Positions 13,689 to 26,900 of a stretch of DNA of 64,000 bases are shown here, one piece after another. The DNA lies in NCBI GenBank assembly GCA_024137785.1, contig JAHRHZ010000019.1, positions 44,489,624-44,553,623 of the forward strand, in the 5' to 3' direction. The stretch comes from Ginglymostoma cirratum. Its lineage: Eukaryota. Every line of letters begins with the position of its first letter. Position 1 is the stretch's first letter. A model generated the notes under the pieces. That model made no database searches and was not told the origin of the DNA. It worked only from the letters and a program-made list of their open reading frames with translations. Position numbers and translations under genes: made by a program.

Positions 13689-16209
13689 TAAATAGTGATC
13701 GGATACCATGCTGTTGCCACAAATCTCAATTGCAATGGCCATCCAGCCCAGTGAGCCAACTATTTGCCTGAGGAGTCCATGTTTCTGTGACAGCTTAAAC
13801 TTTTACAAAAGATTTTATCATCATTGAACTCTGGATGGCCTTGTCAGGAGTACAATTTCTTTCCAACTCATGGCTGACCAGGAATCTTTCCTTCTCTTAC
13901 TGCCTGCCATTGGACTATGTTCAAAGGACTTATAAGTTGATGCCCAACCTTTCTGGCCATGGTACAAATGTACCTTCCTTAACAAGCAAGTCCGTGAGTG
14001 GAAGTTGAAACTAGAGACTCTGATTTGAGGAACACCACTGCTGTGAAATAAAGTCTCCCTCCCCTAGGATTTAGGAGCTAACACTACAAAATAAATTTGC
14101 TACACATCCAGAAAGTATATGAATAAGCCATATATTGAATTTCTGCAGAATATGGTGACCAAACATCCAGAACAAAGCTGTGGAACATCGTTATTGTTGT
14201 TTTTCCTGAATTATGAAGAATGGTTTTAAAGGATTTCTCCTTGTTCTACCAGATAGCAGAAAGGGGAGGCAGAACGGGAACAGCAATGATTGCTGTGGCA
14301 CTAGGCATTGATAATACATACACAAATAAGTTTACTTTCTCCTACTTTACATTTACTTGAAGCCTACATGTCAAACTCATTCGAGTTGCCATATTTGCAC
14401 TGTTCGCCCCATTATGGATATCTCCAAAAAAAAAATGTAAAGTCACGTTTAGTGCAGATGAAATGTACACATAAATGTTTCCACATAATTAATTTGACAT
14501 GTATGCTTCATTATAAGCAACAGATCTCATCCTTAATTTATCTACTAGATAATCAAGTAAAACTATTTCCAACAAACATCTTGTGAACAGCTGAAGTGAG
14601 CTAATTACTGCTCTGACTGTGGATCAGTACAATTCTGAGAACAGAAATCACTGGTAAATCTCCATTTACTTTGGTGTAAGCCAAATGTAATTAGTTGTGG
14701 CTATGTCCTGTAAACATAGCATCACCAAGGACACAACAGAAAATGTTTTGGAATATATTAAACAGAAATCACAAATGTATTAGACTTCTCATGGTTTAGC
14801 GACGTATTACAATTCACTGGCATTTTATTTGGAAAGACAACATTAATCATTGTACTTGAGAAAATAGCAGATATTCTTTTTGTTTTGTTTTGCAAATGTA
14901 GGTCTTGTTTTCAGCAAATTGAATTAAAATGCACCATATTTTGCACATTATTTAGCGTTGGAATTATTTCCATCAGATTCTCTTCAATGTTCCATTGTCT
15001 GGATAAGAAATACATCATTGCCAGCATGATTGCAGGATGGGTGAAATTGGTTGCACCCAATACTTGTCCATTCTTGAAATGCAGCATTCCACTTTACTGA
15101 CCCACTGGAAAATGCACGCTTTCTGAAGCAACTTTTAAAGTGTTAAAATGGCAAAACACTTCAGACGCTGTAAATCTGAAATTTAAATAAAAACCTGAAA
15201 ATTTCTGATACAGTCAGCAGATTTGGCATTCCGCTTTTGTGAGCCTGTTCCCCTAAGAACTCATTTGCTGGGTGCTCACTTCAGATAGATCAGTGCATTC
15301 AAACATCATCAGATGCATCGTTTACCTGCACATGCAGTTTGGATGGCAACTTTTAGTTAATGTCAGCCATGGGTTATTTTGCTTATAAACAATAAATGGA
15401 CTCATGTGAATGCTCACGCGTGATGTGCCCTCCAATTTATGTTTTAAACTGCCATAGGTCAACACTGGAGGGCTCCAAGGGAAGCCGATCCCTGTGCAAG
15501 CCCCTGATTATGACTCAGATTCTCAGCCTCTATTTCTTTAAATAAAATTTCTTTCTCCTGTATTTTAAATAAGATATTAACTGATATATTTTATATTAGT
15601 ATGTTCATTTTTTAACCAACATGCCAAACTATTAAATATAAGATAAAATAAAAATCATAAATGACCAAAGTGTAACCACATTTTGATAAAGCCTAAATTA
15701 ACTTAATGCCATAATTCCACATAAACTGAAGTGCTGCTCTGAGTTGTATATGCTGAACTAAAGATAAAATCTTAATTTAAATGGAAGTGTTCATCTAATG
15801 TTTCCATTGAATTACTGCTCTGTTCTGGTGAGAAAATATAAGCATAGAATTCAAATGGTGTGCTTTCAAACATTGACTCCATTCACTGGGCAAGAGCACC
15901 CACTAGCTTATGGAGGAAGGGACAGATTCTCTCTTTGCCATTTGCAGTAAAATCATGCATATTTTTTCTTTATAAATGTTAAACACTGCTACAGATAGTA
16001 TACGGGCAAATGCAATATGAGCCGATTATGAATAGTTGCATTGTTTCACAAACCTGCAGAGCACATGAGGCAGAGCAAATCTTTTTCTTCAGAGCATAAA
16101 ATGGTGCAACATTTTCCCGTAAATCTTATTTAAAATACCATTTATAAAGATACGTCATACAATTGTATTTGACATTTAACTTCAAATAGTTGGTGAACCC
16201 AGTGAACAT

Positions 16210-17062
16210 GTCCATGGTTTGGTATGTCATGTTGTGGCTGTACAAGGTATTGGTGAGGACCACTTTTAGAATACAGTGTACATTTCAGGTCACCCTGCTA
16301 AAGGAAGGATGTTGTTAAACTTTTCCCTAGGATGGGGGATTTCCAGTTTAGGGGGTCACATTTTTAAGATGAGAGGAGAGAGATTTAAAAAAGACATGAG
16401 AGGCAAATGTTTTACACAGAGGGTGGTTTGCGTGTAAATGAACTTCCTGAGGAAGTGGCGGATGTAGGTACAATTACAGCATTTAAAAGACATTTGGATA
16501 TGCACTTGAATTGGAAGGTTTGGAGGGATATGGGCCAGGATCAGGCAGGTGGGATTAGTTTAATTTGGGATTATGTTTGGCATGGACTGGTTAGAGCGAA
16601 GTGTCGTTTCCGTATGACTCGACTAGAAAGGGTGCAGAAAAATTACAAGGATGTTGCCGAGACTTGTGGGTTGGCATTATGAGGAGACACTGGATAGGCT
16701 GGGACTTCTTTGCCTGGAGCATTGGAGGTTGAGAGGTGCTCTTATTAAGATTTATAAAATCATGAGGGGCATAGATAAGATGTATAGGCAAGATCTTTTC
16801 CCTAGGGAGGAGGAATCCAAAACTAGAAGGCAAATGGTTTAAGGTGAGATGGGAAAGATTTAAAAGAGACCTGAGGGGCAATTTTTTTCACACAGAGAAT
16901 GGTGCATGTATGGCACGGGCAGCCAGAGGAAGTGGTAGATGCAGGTACAATCATAACAGTTAAAGGACAGTTAGACAGGTACTTGAATAGGGAAAGTTGA
17001 GAAGGATATGGACCAAATGCACATAAATGGGTTCCGTGCTGTACAACTCTTTGGCTCTGTGC
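16210..17062 (+). mobile_element. Two adjacent CR1/HER1 LINE 3' fragments (junction near 16620)
   Basis: Translated motifs LDRLGLLCLEHWRLRGALIKIYKIMRG, FFTQRMVHVW and FKRHLD, plus a CR1-type 3' UTR present twice. Confidence 0.85.
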
Positions 17063-17489
17063 ATTGTAGACTCTGATCTACCAATTGTAGGTAAATAGAA
17101 GAGTTTGAAGGAGCTAGTACTAAAATGACCATTCTGATATAATGGAGCTGAATTATTTTCTGAACTCCGAATGATGTTTCCTGGATGATGGTAGTAGATA
17201 ATGAAATTGGGAAACAAACGTATTGGCAAAAAATGGCTATATTTTTAGAAGAGAGTATAGAAGAAGAGCATGGGAATCTATTAACTCTGACTTTATGAAC
17301 AAGAAAGTAACATGTACTACAAGTAAGCAGACTTTTAAAAAGTGTTATTTTGCAAATTTCCTGCAATTTTTGATTGAATTTTGCATGCACGGAATAAAAA
17401 GTTAAATACTTGCCACAATGTCAAAATCTCTACTTGATTATCAACAATAGGGATGAAAAGCACATACTACAATACGGTTTAAATGAGCA

Positions 17490-17508
17490 TACTGCCATCT
17501 GATGGTCA
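17490..17508 (-). promoter_or_regulatory. Candidate CTCF-binding motif
   Basis: Reverse complement TGACCATCAGATGGCAGTA resembles the CTCF core CCASYAGRKGGCRS. Motif match only. Confidence 0.4.
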
Positions 17509-18536
17509 CTGTTAATATTTCTGTGTTAACGTTGAGTTCTCAAAATCCATTGCACATAAAGGAATAAGAAAAAGACAGCTGGCATGTAATGATATTTACC
17601 CTTTAGGATTAGCATTTGGCGCACTGCTTTACCTCATGTGCACATATATTATTTACAATTGTTTTTCATCATTTGTCACTGAATAGCACATGGCACATAT
17701 ATCTAATTAATGGTTATCAATCACACAGAATTCTCAACCTCAACAGCAAATAAGACTGATGAGAATTACGGTTATACTGGACACTTAGTACAACTACATT
17801 CACACCGGAATCCATCCCTTTTCAAGATTACTTCTCTGCATTCACAATCTCACCATTTAAATTATTAAAGTGTGCTAATACAGTGGATGGTAATTTTTCC
17901 AGTAGGTATGCTAGATATAACCTAGGAGAATAATATAAGATTTGAAAGCTGTTGACTAAATAAGCATTAAGACATTTTAAAAAAAGTTTGTTACTTTTTG
18001 AAGTAGCTGACGGAAGCCTAAACAATAGGTTCACTACAACAAAGCTTCCCACCTGATTGGAAGTCAAGTCTACCAACCTGGTCTACTTCCTGATCAAATC
18101 CTGTCAAAACAAAATCCACATACTGTGAGAGTTAAAATTCTGTAGAATATGGTAAAATCCAGGCCCCTACGTGACAAATTCACATGTCATTATCGGGACT
18201 ATTTTGTTTTCGCTAAATTTGCATCTAAACTCACATTATTCGCTTAGATCTATCATAAATATTCAGTGAATGTGCAATTCTAAGATTACCACTTGTGACA
18301 GCTCATAATATTTTTCTCTTGTAAGCTATACAGCCTCTTAGGTTTGGTCTCCTCAATGAACAGATAAAATCAAACTTCATCCTGTAGGAAATTCACCACA
18401 CTCCATTCAGGCTTGTAGATTCTACTCAATATTCCTTTAGTAAGCCTGTAAATTGAGGCTTTAATTCAAAAGAATTTACTTTTCCAAAGAAGTAACAGAT
18501 CTGTAAATATTTATGTAATATGTTATCATTGTTTTG

Positions 18537-19520
18537 AAATATGTATTATTCTCGTAGATTTATCTAACTCATTCAGTCAAAAAGAAAACAACTATATTTA
18601 CCCAGTACATTAATTAAATTTGTTGAACACTCTAATTATCTTTCACCAAAGGTACCAAAGGCCCAAAAATCATTTATATCTTGCTCTACACAGTTACAGT
18701 GCAGTCTTTTGTTTCTTGCAGTAGGTACTATTGGGTTTCTTCCTTCAGAAGCAGTGAAATAAAATGTATTGTACTTTCAGAGGTTGCAAGGCTTCAACAT
18801 CACACCTAACATCTCTGTAGCAGTTACTGTTTTGTAATGATTCTTAAAGTTTCAGTTGCGTTCTCAAAATTACTTTCACTACACAATACAGCAGCAGATT
18901 TGATAAAAAGAAGATTTAATGAGTAACAAATTCTAAGATTGATCAGTAATTTAATTACACCATTGCATAATTTGCATGTGCAGCTTTTTCTGAAGAGGTA
19001 GATATTTAATTTCATTTCAGAATTTTGTATCAAGATCCCCAATTTATGATTTATGCACCTACTTTTTATGATAGATGTTTATTACTTGAATACACTGTGA
19101 TTGCCTGCTTTAATAATCTGCACAGTTATCATAGTAGGTCATGTCTTATCCATGATTCTAAGAATTTCAAATGCACATGTTAAAGTGACAACTAAGTTTC
19201 AGGAATATTGAACTTCACATGAGAAATGAGCAAAAAGGACATGAAAAGGCTTAAGAACCAGAAGTGTGATGTTGAAGCTTTGAAAACTCTGAAAGTACAA
19301 TACATTGTATTTCACTGCTTCTGAAAGAAGAGACCCAATTGTACATACTGCAGGAAATACATGACTGCACTGTACCTAAGTAGAGCAAGATATAAATGAT
19401 TTTTGGGCCTTAGGTGCAAGATAATTAGAGTGTTCAACAAAGCTAATTAATGTACTGGGTAAATATAGTTGTTTTTTTTTACTAGATGGGTTAGGTAAAA
19501 TTAGCAGAATAATACATTTT
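18537..19520. repeat. Long imperfect inverted repeat (arms ~18537-18806 and ~19263-19520)
   Basis: For example, aacaactatatttacccagtacattaatta in the left arm is the reverse complement of taattaatgtactgggtaaatatagttgtt in the right arm. The alignment continues over ~260 bp with scattered mismatches and one short indel. Confidence 0.95.
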
Positions 19521-21391
19521 TTACCTCAGGGTACAGGATGAGTGAATGCAGGATGCATCAAGCTACCTTGCAATTGTGAGCCCTAGGATATTCCTGGGCT
19601 TTATCTGCAGATTTCCAGGGTAGGATTTAATCAGAAGTCTTGCCAGCAATGGAAAGTGAGCAAAAGCCTTTGGTCTGCGATTCTTGGGGAAGGCCTGCCT
19701 TATTAAATGTCAGTTAAGCATATGCAAAGCCAGTGATAGGCATTCCCTGAGATGAAAGGGCCTGGGGAACCAAAATCAGAGGTTCACCACTGGACGAGCA
19801 ATGCTAGTCACCAGCAATGCATCTACTGCAGCCCAGGAGCAGTGAGAGACTGCTCCCCACAAGGGAAATAGAATGGAATGGGGGAGGCAGAGAGGGAGAC
19901 ACTGGTTGGGGAAGAGAAGTGGTGCAGGGGTTGACTCTCAACGGGCCTCCCTTTCCTGGTGCCAAGTCCCTCAAACATACACTGTACATTTGAATAAAGG
20001 ATCCCACCAGCCGACTGCAACCAAACTTGCTTCTTGGGCTTCCTCTGTGACTGTCTTGCCTGCTAGTGGTTGAGTAGCAGCAGCTGTGGCACAGCTAGCA
20101 TCAGGGCAGGAAGGATATCTGCAAGCCTTCCTGTAAAAGTTACCCATTTGTGGCAGAGGCAGGAAGATGTCAGGGTCCTCAACTGGCACTCTCCCACCTA
20201 ATTAAATACCTTTACTGCCTGAATGCCCACCTCATGGGGAGGGCATTTAATCCTGTCCTTATCTGTAACTAGCAACTAATGGCTGCTGGCACAGCATTGA
20301 CAGATTTTGATAGCTGGCCAAATAAACCCCAAGATTTAGGTAAACTGATCAGCTGATGAAGCACTGGGTAAACAAACCTAACCTTTCTTTGCAGGCTTGG
20401 TGGAGCATTTCTTCCTCTTCCAGCACATAAATATATGTTTTTTTTTTGAAAGGTAAATTAAATATGCATCATTACTGACCTCTTCTGACTCCTCTTCCTG
20501 CTCATTTTTCTTTGATGGGACAACTACTTGCCTTTTCAGGCTGATGGTTATAATAGTTGCCAGGCCTGAACAATATCGTTGGGACCCAACCTGCGTGTTC
20601 AAAGAAGGTATCTGCCAATTCCCAGCTCATATTTAACTTGCAATTCAAAATTGCAAGTTAAACTCGCAGCCTGTGGAATTGGGGTGGGATGGGAAATGGG
20701 TGAAAGAATGGGGTCCCACCAATGATTTTAACTTTGTGCTTGGTTTTGTTGGCAGTTAGAGTTACAATCAGCCCTTGAGAGTTAGAAAAGACCAGCATCT
20801 TCAAAGGCAGGTGTTTGGCTGCAGTCAGAATAAAAATGGAACTGAGACAAAGATATTTTGAAAACAGTTAACAGTGCAATGATACAATACCATAGCAAGC
20901 TAAGTATTTCTTACTACGCCCTACTTGACACATTATTACACTTCACCAATTCTCCCCACGCTAACTTTACTTCTTCCATTCACCACAGACTTCCATTTAA
21001 CTAATCTTGCATTGAAATGCCACAGAAAGATACAGTGAAGAAACACCAAATTTGAAAGGTACACAAAACCAAAGAGTGACCATTCAGAATCTATAGAGAA
21101 ATCTGCCAATCCGTGTATATTTTGCTTCTGGTCAATTACACTCAGCAATATTTCCGCCAAGCACCACTCATAGCTTCAGATATAATGAAATCAGCAGCAT
21201 GTTATATCTGGTTCAGCATTTCACACTACATTTCATAAGCGATGTCTTCACAAAATGATCTCACACTCAATGAACTATTACAGAAGCCCATCAGATTCAT
21301 GCTGCATTATTACTTGTCATGTCAAAAGTTCAAAACCATTCCAATAAATTTGGGAATCACAACCATACGACACTTGTTTATATGTACTTAC

Positions 21392-21511
21392 GGTCATTGC
21401 ACAGGGTTCCCGTATAGGATGTCATACTGCAGTCACAGCTGAAGCCATCCCACTGCTGAAGACAGACACCTTGGTTTCCACAGGAATCCTCTTGGCAGGT
21501 TGTACTTGGTC
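21392..21511 (-). CDS. NRXN1: Neurexin-1 alpha internal exon (120 bp, third EGF-like domain); not in the ORF track
   Basis: ctaacttag|GA CCA AGT ACA...AAT GAC C|gtaagt. Translates [39 protein letters not shown] with six EGF cysteines. Phase 1 to phase 1. Confidence 0.96.
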
Positions 21512-22434
21512 CTAAGTTAGAACAGACAAAAACTTGCATGTTGGCCTAGGGACGTCATTAGTCATACACTAATAATTTTTGCATGCTTTCTGTCAACTGA
21601 AGACTGGACAAAGAAAGGAACGTGGTTAGGTTTGATGTCAGAATGAAAACGAAATAACTTTACATTTCTAAAACAGCTACTAGTGAAATCAGAATCCAAG
21701 GAAGAGTCTAAAACAAATGTGTTTAACATACTAAAATAACTGATATAGAAACATTCAAGACTGAAAGCCCTATGATAGGCAAATTGTTTTTCAAAATGTT
21801 GATCTGATTCTGAAATTTTGAAATGAATGCAATCGAGTTCCAAAGCAGATATATGCTGTTTGTATGCATATTGCACAGACATGGATTTCAGTCTTGTTTT
21901 GTACAAACACACAGCTATCTACCTTGCAAGTCAGCTTTCATCATTGCAACTTTGCCAGCAAAATAAAAGCAAAATATGTAAAAGGTTAGTAAGCAGTTTT
22001 GGCATGTTAGCAAACATCAGAAAAAATTTAGCGCAAACATGCCGTTTAAAGGAGAGAAAGGTGCAGTAACAAACAAAAGATATGACAGCAGCAGGCATTG
22101 ATCATCTATAAGCAAGCCAGAAAGAATAAATGGTTATCTATAGCCATCAGAATGATACACTCTACCATAATGCCATTATCATAAGAAACTATTTAAATAA
22201 AAACAAACTATCTTGGTAAGGCAGGCATGGCAAAGCTAAAGACAAGCAAGATTACTCACCTCTAGGTGTGACAATTGAATATTTCTAAATTATGATTCAC
22301 ATAACATGGAAAATACCTACTTAGCACCATATGGCATTGTCTTGCTGTGACCTCTACAAAATGTTTCCCCTGTGGTCATTTTATTTCACCAAAAGCTCAG
22401 TGATTGCAAATATTGATTGATTAAATTCTATTAC

Positions 22435-22720
22435 TTATCAGTTTGGCAAAGTTGGCTGTCTTCATACCTCTGAATCAAACGGTTGTGCATTCAAACGCCA
22501 CAACAGGATTTGGGTTGATAATTATGAATCGTATTTAGCTATGTCATTGGGAGAGTGTTGCATTATTGAAAGTGCTGTATTTTGGATAAGAAATTAAGAC
22601 AGGCCCTGTGAAAGATCCTATAATTTCAAACAATGCAGAGAACTTTCCCAGTTTCCTCCCTGAACCAAGAAAACAAAACCCAAATCATCACTAATACTAT
22701 TTATTGCTTGTGGGACCTTG
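22435..22720 (+). mobile_element. Degraded DeuSINE-like (SacSINE1/AmnSINE-type) element
   Basis: gggagagtgttgcattattgaaagtgctgtattttggataagaaattaagacaggccctg...aaagatcc...ttgcttgtgggaccttg resembles the Deu-domain SINE core as recalled. Heavily diverged. Confidence 0.45.
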
Positions 22721-24393
22721 ATAAATGGAATTATCATCAAATCGTTGTCATCGTTTGAAAACATCATCGACAGAGAAAGTTGACTTGACTTGCATTTATT
22801 CATAAGACTGAATAAATGCAAGATACCATTATAAAACTGAACACTTTCAAAACACGAAATGACAAAACGCTGGATGATGTTGCCAAATTGACTGCATTGA
22901 GATTCCAGTGGCCATGTTTAAGCTCCATTGTATTGACAGGATGGTAATTTAACTAAGCTCCTGAAGCTGGAGCACACCTCTACCCGTGGACAGCAGCAGT
23001 TCAGAAGGCAATTCACCGTCACCTTCTCAATGGTATTTCAGGAGGGGTAGTGAAGTCCACCTCAACTGAACCAGGTTTGAAACAAAAAAAATCATAGAAT
23101 GGTAGGACTAATTGTTGAGATGCGGTGGACAAAAGATGCCTTGGTGGAGATAAGTATAATTTAGCCTCTCCCCCGCTTCTCCAGGGGTAAATTTGCGGAC
23201 AGACAGAGGGCTGCAGTGCCATCAGGAAGGAAGTTTCATAGCAGAGATCCCATTACCTTCCTTCGTCCCTCCAATTAAGTTCAATTAAGTTCACACGAGG
23301 AAAGCATGTGGGCAGCGATTCACTTGGAGGTCAAATGTGGCCCATACATCACCCTTAAAAGACCTAGGAGATCTAGGAACACCAAGGGCAGAGTTCCTAC
23401 TCTCAATTAGGAACAGTTGGCAGAGGTACCATCAGATTTATAGCAGGCAATGGGTCCCTCTGATGCCCACATTAAATTTTGCTTAACATATTTCATATAC
23501 ATCACATTAGCAAGACAATTGGGCACAGCTTGAAGGTTACTAAAGACCAGTTCAGAGAAGAAACCAGAAAACATTTCTTTATTCAGAAGGCACTGAACAA
23601 GTTTGTAGATATGTTTGTTGTGGCCATGGCATGGGATATATTTTAAATACAGCCAGACAGGGCACAGCAACTCATGGAAAGCTGCCAAGAAAGTCATACC
23701 ATCTTTTCTTCATCATCCTTGGGTGAAATTTCTGGTACCCCTAACCTGGAACTTTAAGTCAATGGTAACATTGTCACCTTTCATTCAGAAGTCAGCTGGT
23801 TGAAACTGGTGTTTATTTATTTGTGCTGGTTGTGACATCCATGGTTTCTGCTTTTCCGAAAATGGGCAACCTGTAGTTGGGCCTTTCCTCAAATTAGCTC
23901 AAGTTTCAAGCTCAGAAAGATGGGTAACTCTTGCATCTTGCACCAGAGAATACTATCAAGAACACCAAGCATTTGTTACATCCAGAACCCTGGTGAGGCT
24001 TCCCAACTCACTCTGGTTCCAAATAGTATACTCAAAACTGTTACAGTCCTGGGTGAGGAGGGACTATCTAACTCCCCTTCTTCATTCAGCCAGCTCCTCA
24101 GTTGGTTGCAATGAGGTTGATTTTAAAAAAAAAATTCTTTTCCTTGAGGATAACTTTCTATCAGACCCAAATGAAACTATACTTCAGAAACAGCCAACTG
24201 AACCATGAATTATAAAATGTGAGAAGTAATGCAACATACACACAGATCAGAAATAAGAGATGCATAAAAGATAAAAGTTATTACAAAATCCGATATAGGA
24301 ATCAGACTCTGAATTATGTGCAAAGACCCAAGGGTTGAACCTTGCGGTTAGTGCAGTGGAGGTTACAGGTGGTGTAGATGTTAATGGTTAGAA

Positions 24394-24873
24394 CAGCAAA
24401 CTTTGTTTTAACTGGCATCTTATCTATTGGGACTCTCAATAATCTGGCAAAAAAAACACCTCAAATACCATGAAGTTTACTGTATTATGCTGTTCAATTA
24501 TTACAATTTTTAAAATGTATTTACCTCAGTGTAAATATACTTGTTGTTCAATCGAAAGGCCATGTGAAATATCAACAGTTGATTCAATGTCGAGTCAATT
24601 TCTCCTCAAATGCAGCGATGTTCGAGTAGTCAGTTGAGAGTGCAAATGAAGAGGCTGTCGGCCAGTAAGTTTTATTCAAGTTAAAGTTGCATTATTATTT
24701 AAGTGATATATGCTGTAAATAAAGTAAAGCAGTGATGTGTATACTCCCTCCATTATATTTCTATTACTTAGCGTGTGTTTTTACATTGATTATGTGGACC
24801 TCCTGATTGTCTGGAATATTTGATCAACCAGCATATTCCTGGTCCCGTAGGCGCCGGTCAATAAAGTTTGCTA
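24394..24873. mobile_element. Possible old Tc1/mariner (pogo-like) MITE
   Basis: Imperfect terminal inverted repeats: cagcaaactttgttttaactggc and gccggtcaataaagtttgcta, with TA at the right end. Confidence 0.4.
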
Positions 24874-25119
24874 TAGTCCTTTTCACGATCGTTAGATTTG
24901 AAGACTAGTTGAGATTCTGTAGCTCTGATTCCTTTTGCCTGTGGTTGAATTCCAGTATTGCTTCTCACAGTTTAGAAGACTTTCAATCATTCTCAGGCCA
25001 CTTTACAAGTGTGAGACAGTCACTCTGGGAATGCTGCTGCATCATCTAACATGGAGTCTTCTGTCTTCTATTCCTAAAACCGCTCTTCAAGTAGTTTCAG
25101 AGGATTGCTGACCATAAAC

Positions 25120-26900
25120 TAGTTCAAGCACAGCAAACCTGGCTGACTCTTTAAGCAAGACTCTGGTGGTGAATGGCAGAAGGTCAAATCCTTCAATCCA
25201 GTCATAGAGATTCTCGCGGCAGTATGCCCTGATCATTGTTTTTAAGGTCTACTGGCTCTGTTCCAGTGCACCCTGTTAAATGCAACTGATACGCTAAAGA
25301 TTTCGGTTGAGTTATACCCAGGACTTTCAAGATTTCCTGGAATATTTTGGACATGGAATTTGAGTTATGGTCCGTAAGGGTCTCAATAGGCAGACTGTCC
25401 CAGGTGAAGAATAGGGTCATTTCTCTCATCATATTTTGGCGGATATGGAGAGCAGAATATGGCAAATGGATAGCCATATCCATGATAAGAAGTATATATT
25501 GATTGTCAATGTTCCCTCTCAGCAACAAGTCTCAAAGGCCCATGCAACCAGGAAGAAATTTAGAGGAAACACTGTTGGAAGCCTTCTCTTGTTTTAGCAG
25601 GGGTCTCACACAGTCCACTAACAGCTTTCTTATCAGTTCCCCAAACATGGAAATCATAGTTGCAGGTCTTATTGCAGGGTGGGGTCTTCCCAAAACCTGG
25701 CAGGTGTGCCATGTTCTGCAAAACCTGACCACAACCTTGTGGAGCTGTGACCAGTTAAAAACATTGGCTGATGAATCTTTCCCTAGGTGGAGGGATCAAT
25801 GACCAGGAGGCATGGATTTAAAGTAATGAGCAGAAGATTCAAAGGGATGATCGGTATCTGGAACTCACAGCCTGTAAGAGTGGCAGAGGCAGGAACCCTC
25901 ATAACATTGAGGAAGTATTTAGATTGGCACTTGTGATACCAAGGCTATGCGAGGCTACAGGCCAAGTGCTGGAAAGTGGGATGAGAACAGGTGCTTGTTT
26001 ATGATGGGGTGACAGGCCTTTTTCTGTGTTGTAGACCAATATGACTCTCTGACATGAGCTTGAGTTTGGTGTATACCGACATGCCCAGCTATCAGAATCA
26101 CATGAGCGAGCCATACTATTTTCCTCTGGTACCTAATGGCACCACTATCTGGTGCTCACTGTCCACTTCTCACTTGCAGCTCTGTGAGGGGGATCTGTAT
26201 TTCCTTATCAGTCCCTAATTTCTAATGTAGTAGCGTTCAGGGGCTGCTTCTGACTCAGCTACAGTGTAGGCAGTCAGAGTTAGTGTTCTTAACTGTGGGT
26301 CAGCTTGTGAAGCTGCTACGAATGAAGTTTTACTGAGTAACTCCTTGGCACCTTCTAGATCTCTGAAAAAGACATCTGATAACCAGACCCCGGAGGATCT
26401 TTTGTTTGCAGTGCCATCTCCAATGGTTGAGCTTATCTGGCCACAGACCACACGGTCAAGGAAAACATAAGGCATTTGTTTTTTACTGATGCTGTTCAGT
26501 CTTCTTAATCTCAGCCAGCTTTTCAAAGACCATTGGGGCTGCTATTAAGTTTGATACTGTCAGATCAATACCAAGCAGCAGGTCAATCCCAACCAAATGC
26601 AAATTAGGTATGACTAATTTAGGATACCTGGTCAGCAGGGATGAGTTTGACCGAAGGGTCTGTTTCTGTGCTGTTGTACTGTACAACTCTATGATTTTCA
26701 GGGTCACTGGTTACACTCCAGATGGACCTAGTCAAGGGGGATGGGCTTGGCATTTCTTGCATTCTCTGGAGGGAAGATCACACCTTCTTCCCGGCAGTGG
26801 GGTTTGGTTTGTTCCAGTGACGCTCAGTAACACTAGAGACCTGGTCATAACACTCTGGGGACATACAGCCATTCTTCATTTAAATGCAAAATCCCAGTAA
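25120..26900 (-). mobile_element. Decayed Gmr1-like Gypsy LTR retrotransposon (protease end and integrase)
   Basis: GIDLLLGIDL (end of protease region), SQADPQLRTL, VRFCRTWHTCQVLGRPHPAIRPA (integrase Zn finger), LLVDCVRPL, NQYILLIMDMA and LTDHNSN...SLAY (integrase core). Confidence 0.72.
25775..26052 (+). mobile_element. CR1 LINE 3' fragment inserted in the Gmr1-like element
   Basis: Similar to 54690-54890 and 55363-55428 (ggtggagggatcaat...gcaggaaccctcataacattga...ggccaagtgct). Confidence 0.75.

Noticed and set aside
19540-20780. GC-richer stretches (also ~23160-23900, ~35450-35930, ~47290-47930) as regulatory islands
   Set aside because: They are CpG-depleted and look like decayed non-autonomous transposon remnants. 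I could not assign ends or a family.
1-21391. Beta-neurexin-specific first exon and promoter, expected somewhere in this intron by analogy with mammals
   Set aside because: I found no CpG island, no signal peptide followed by a His-rich segment, and no following GTTYIF exon. These probably lie beyond the left edge of the window.
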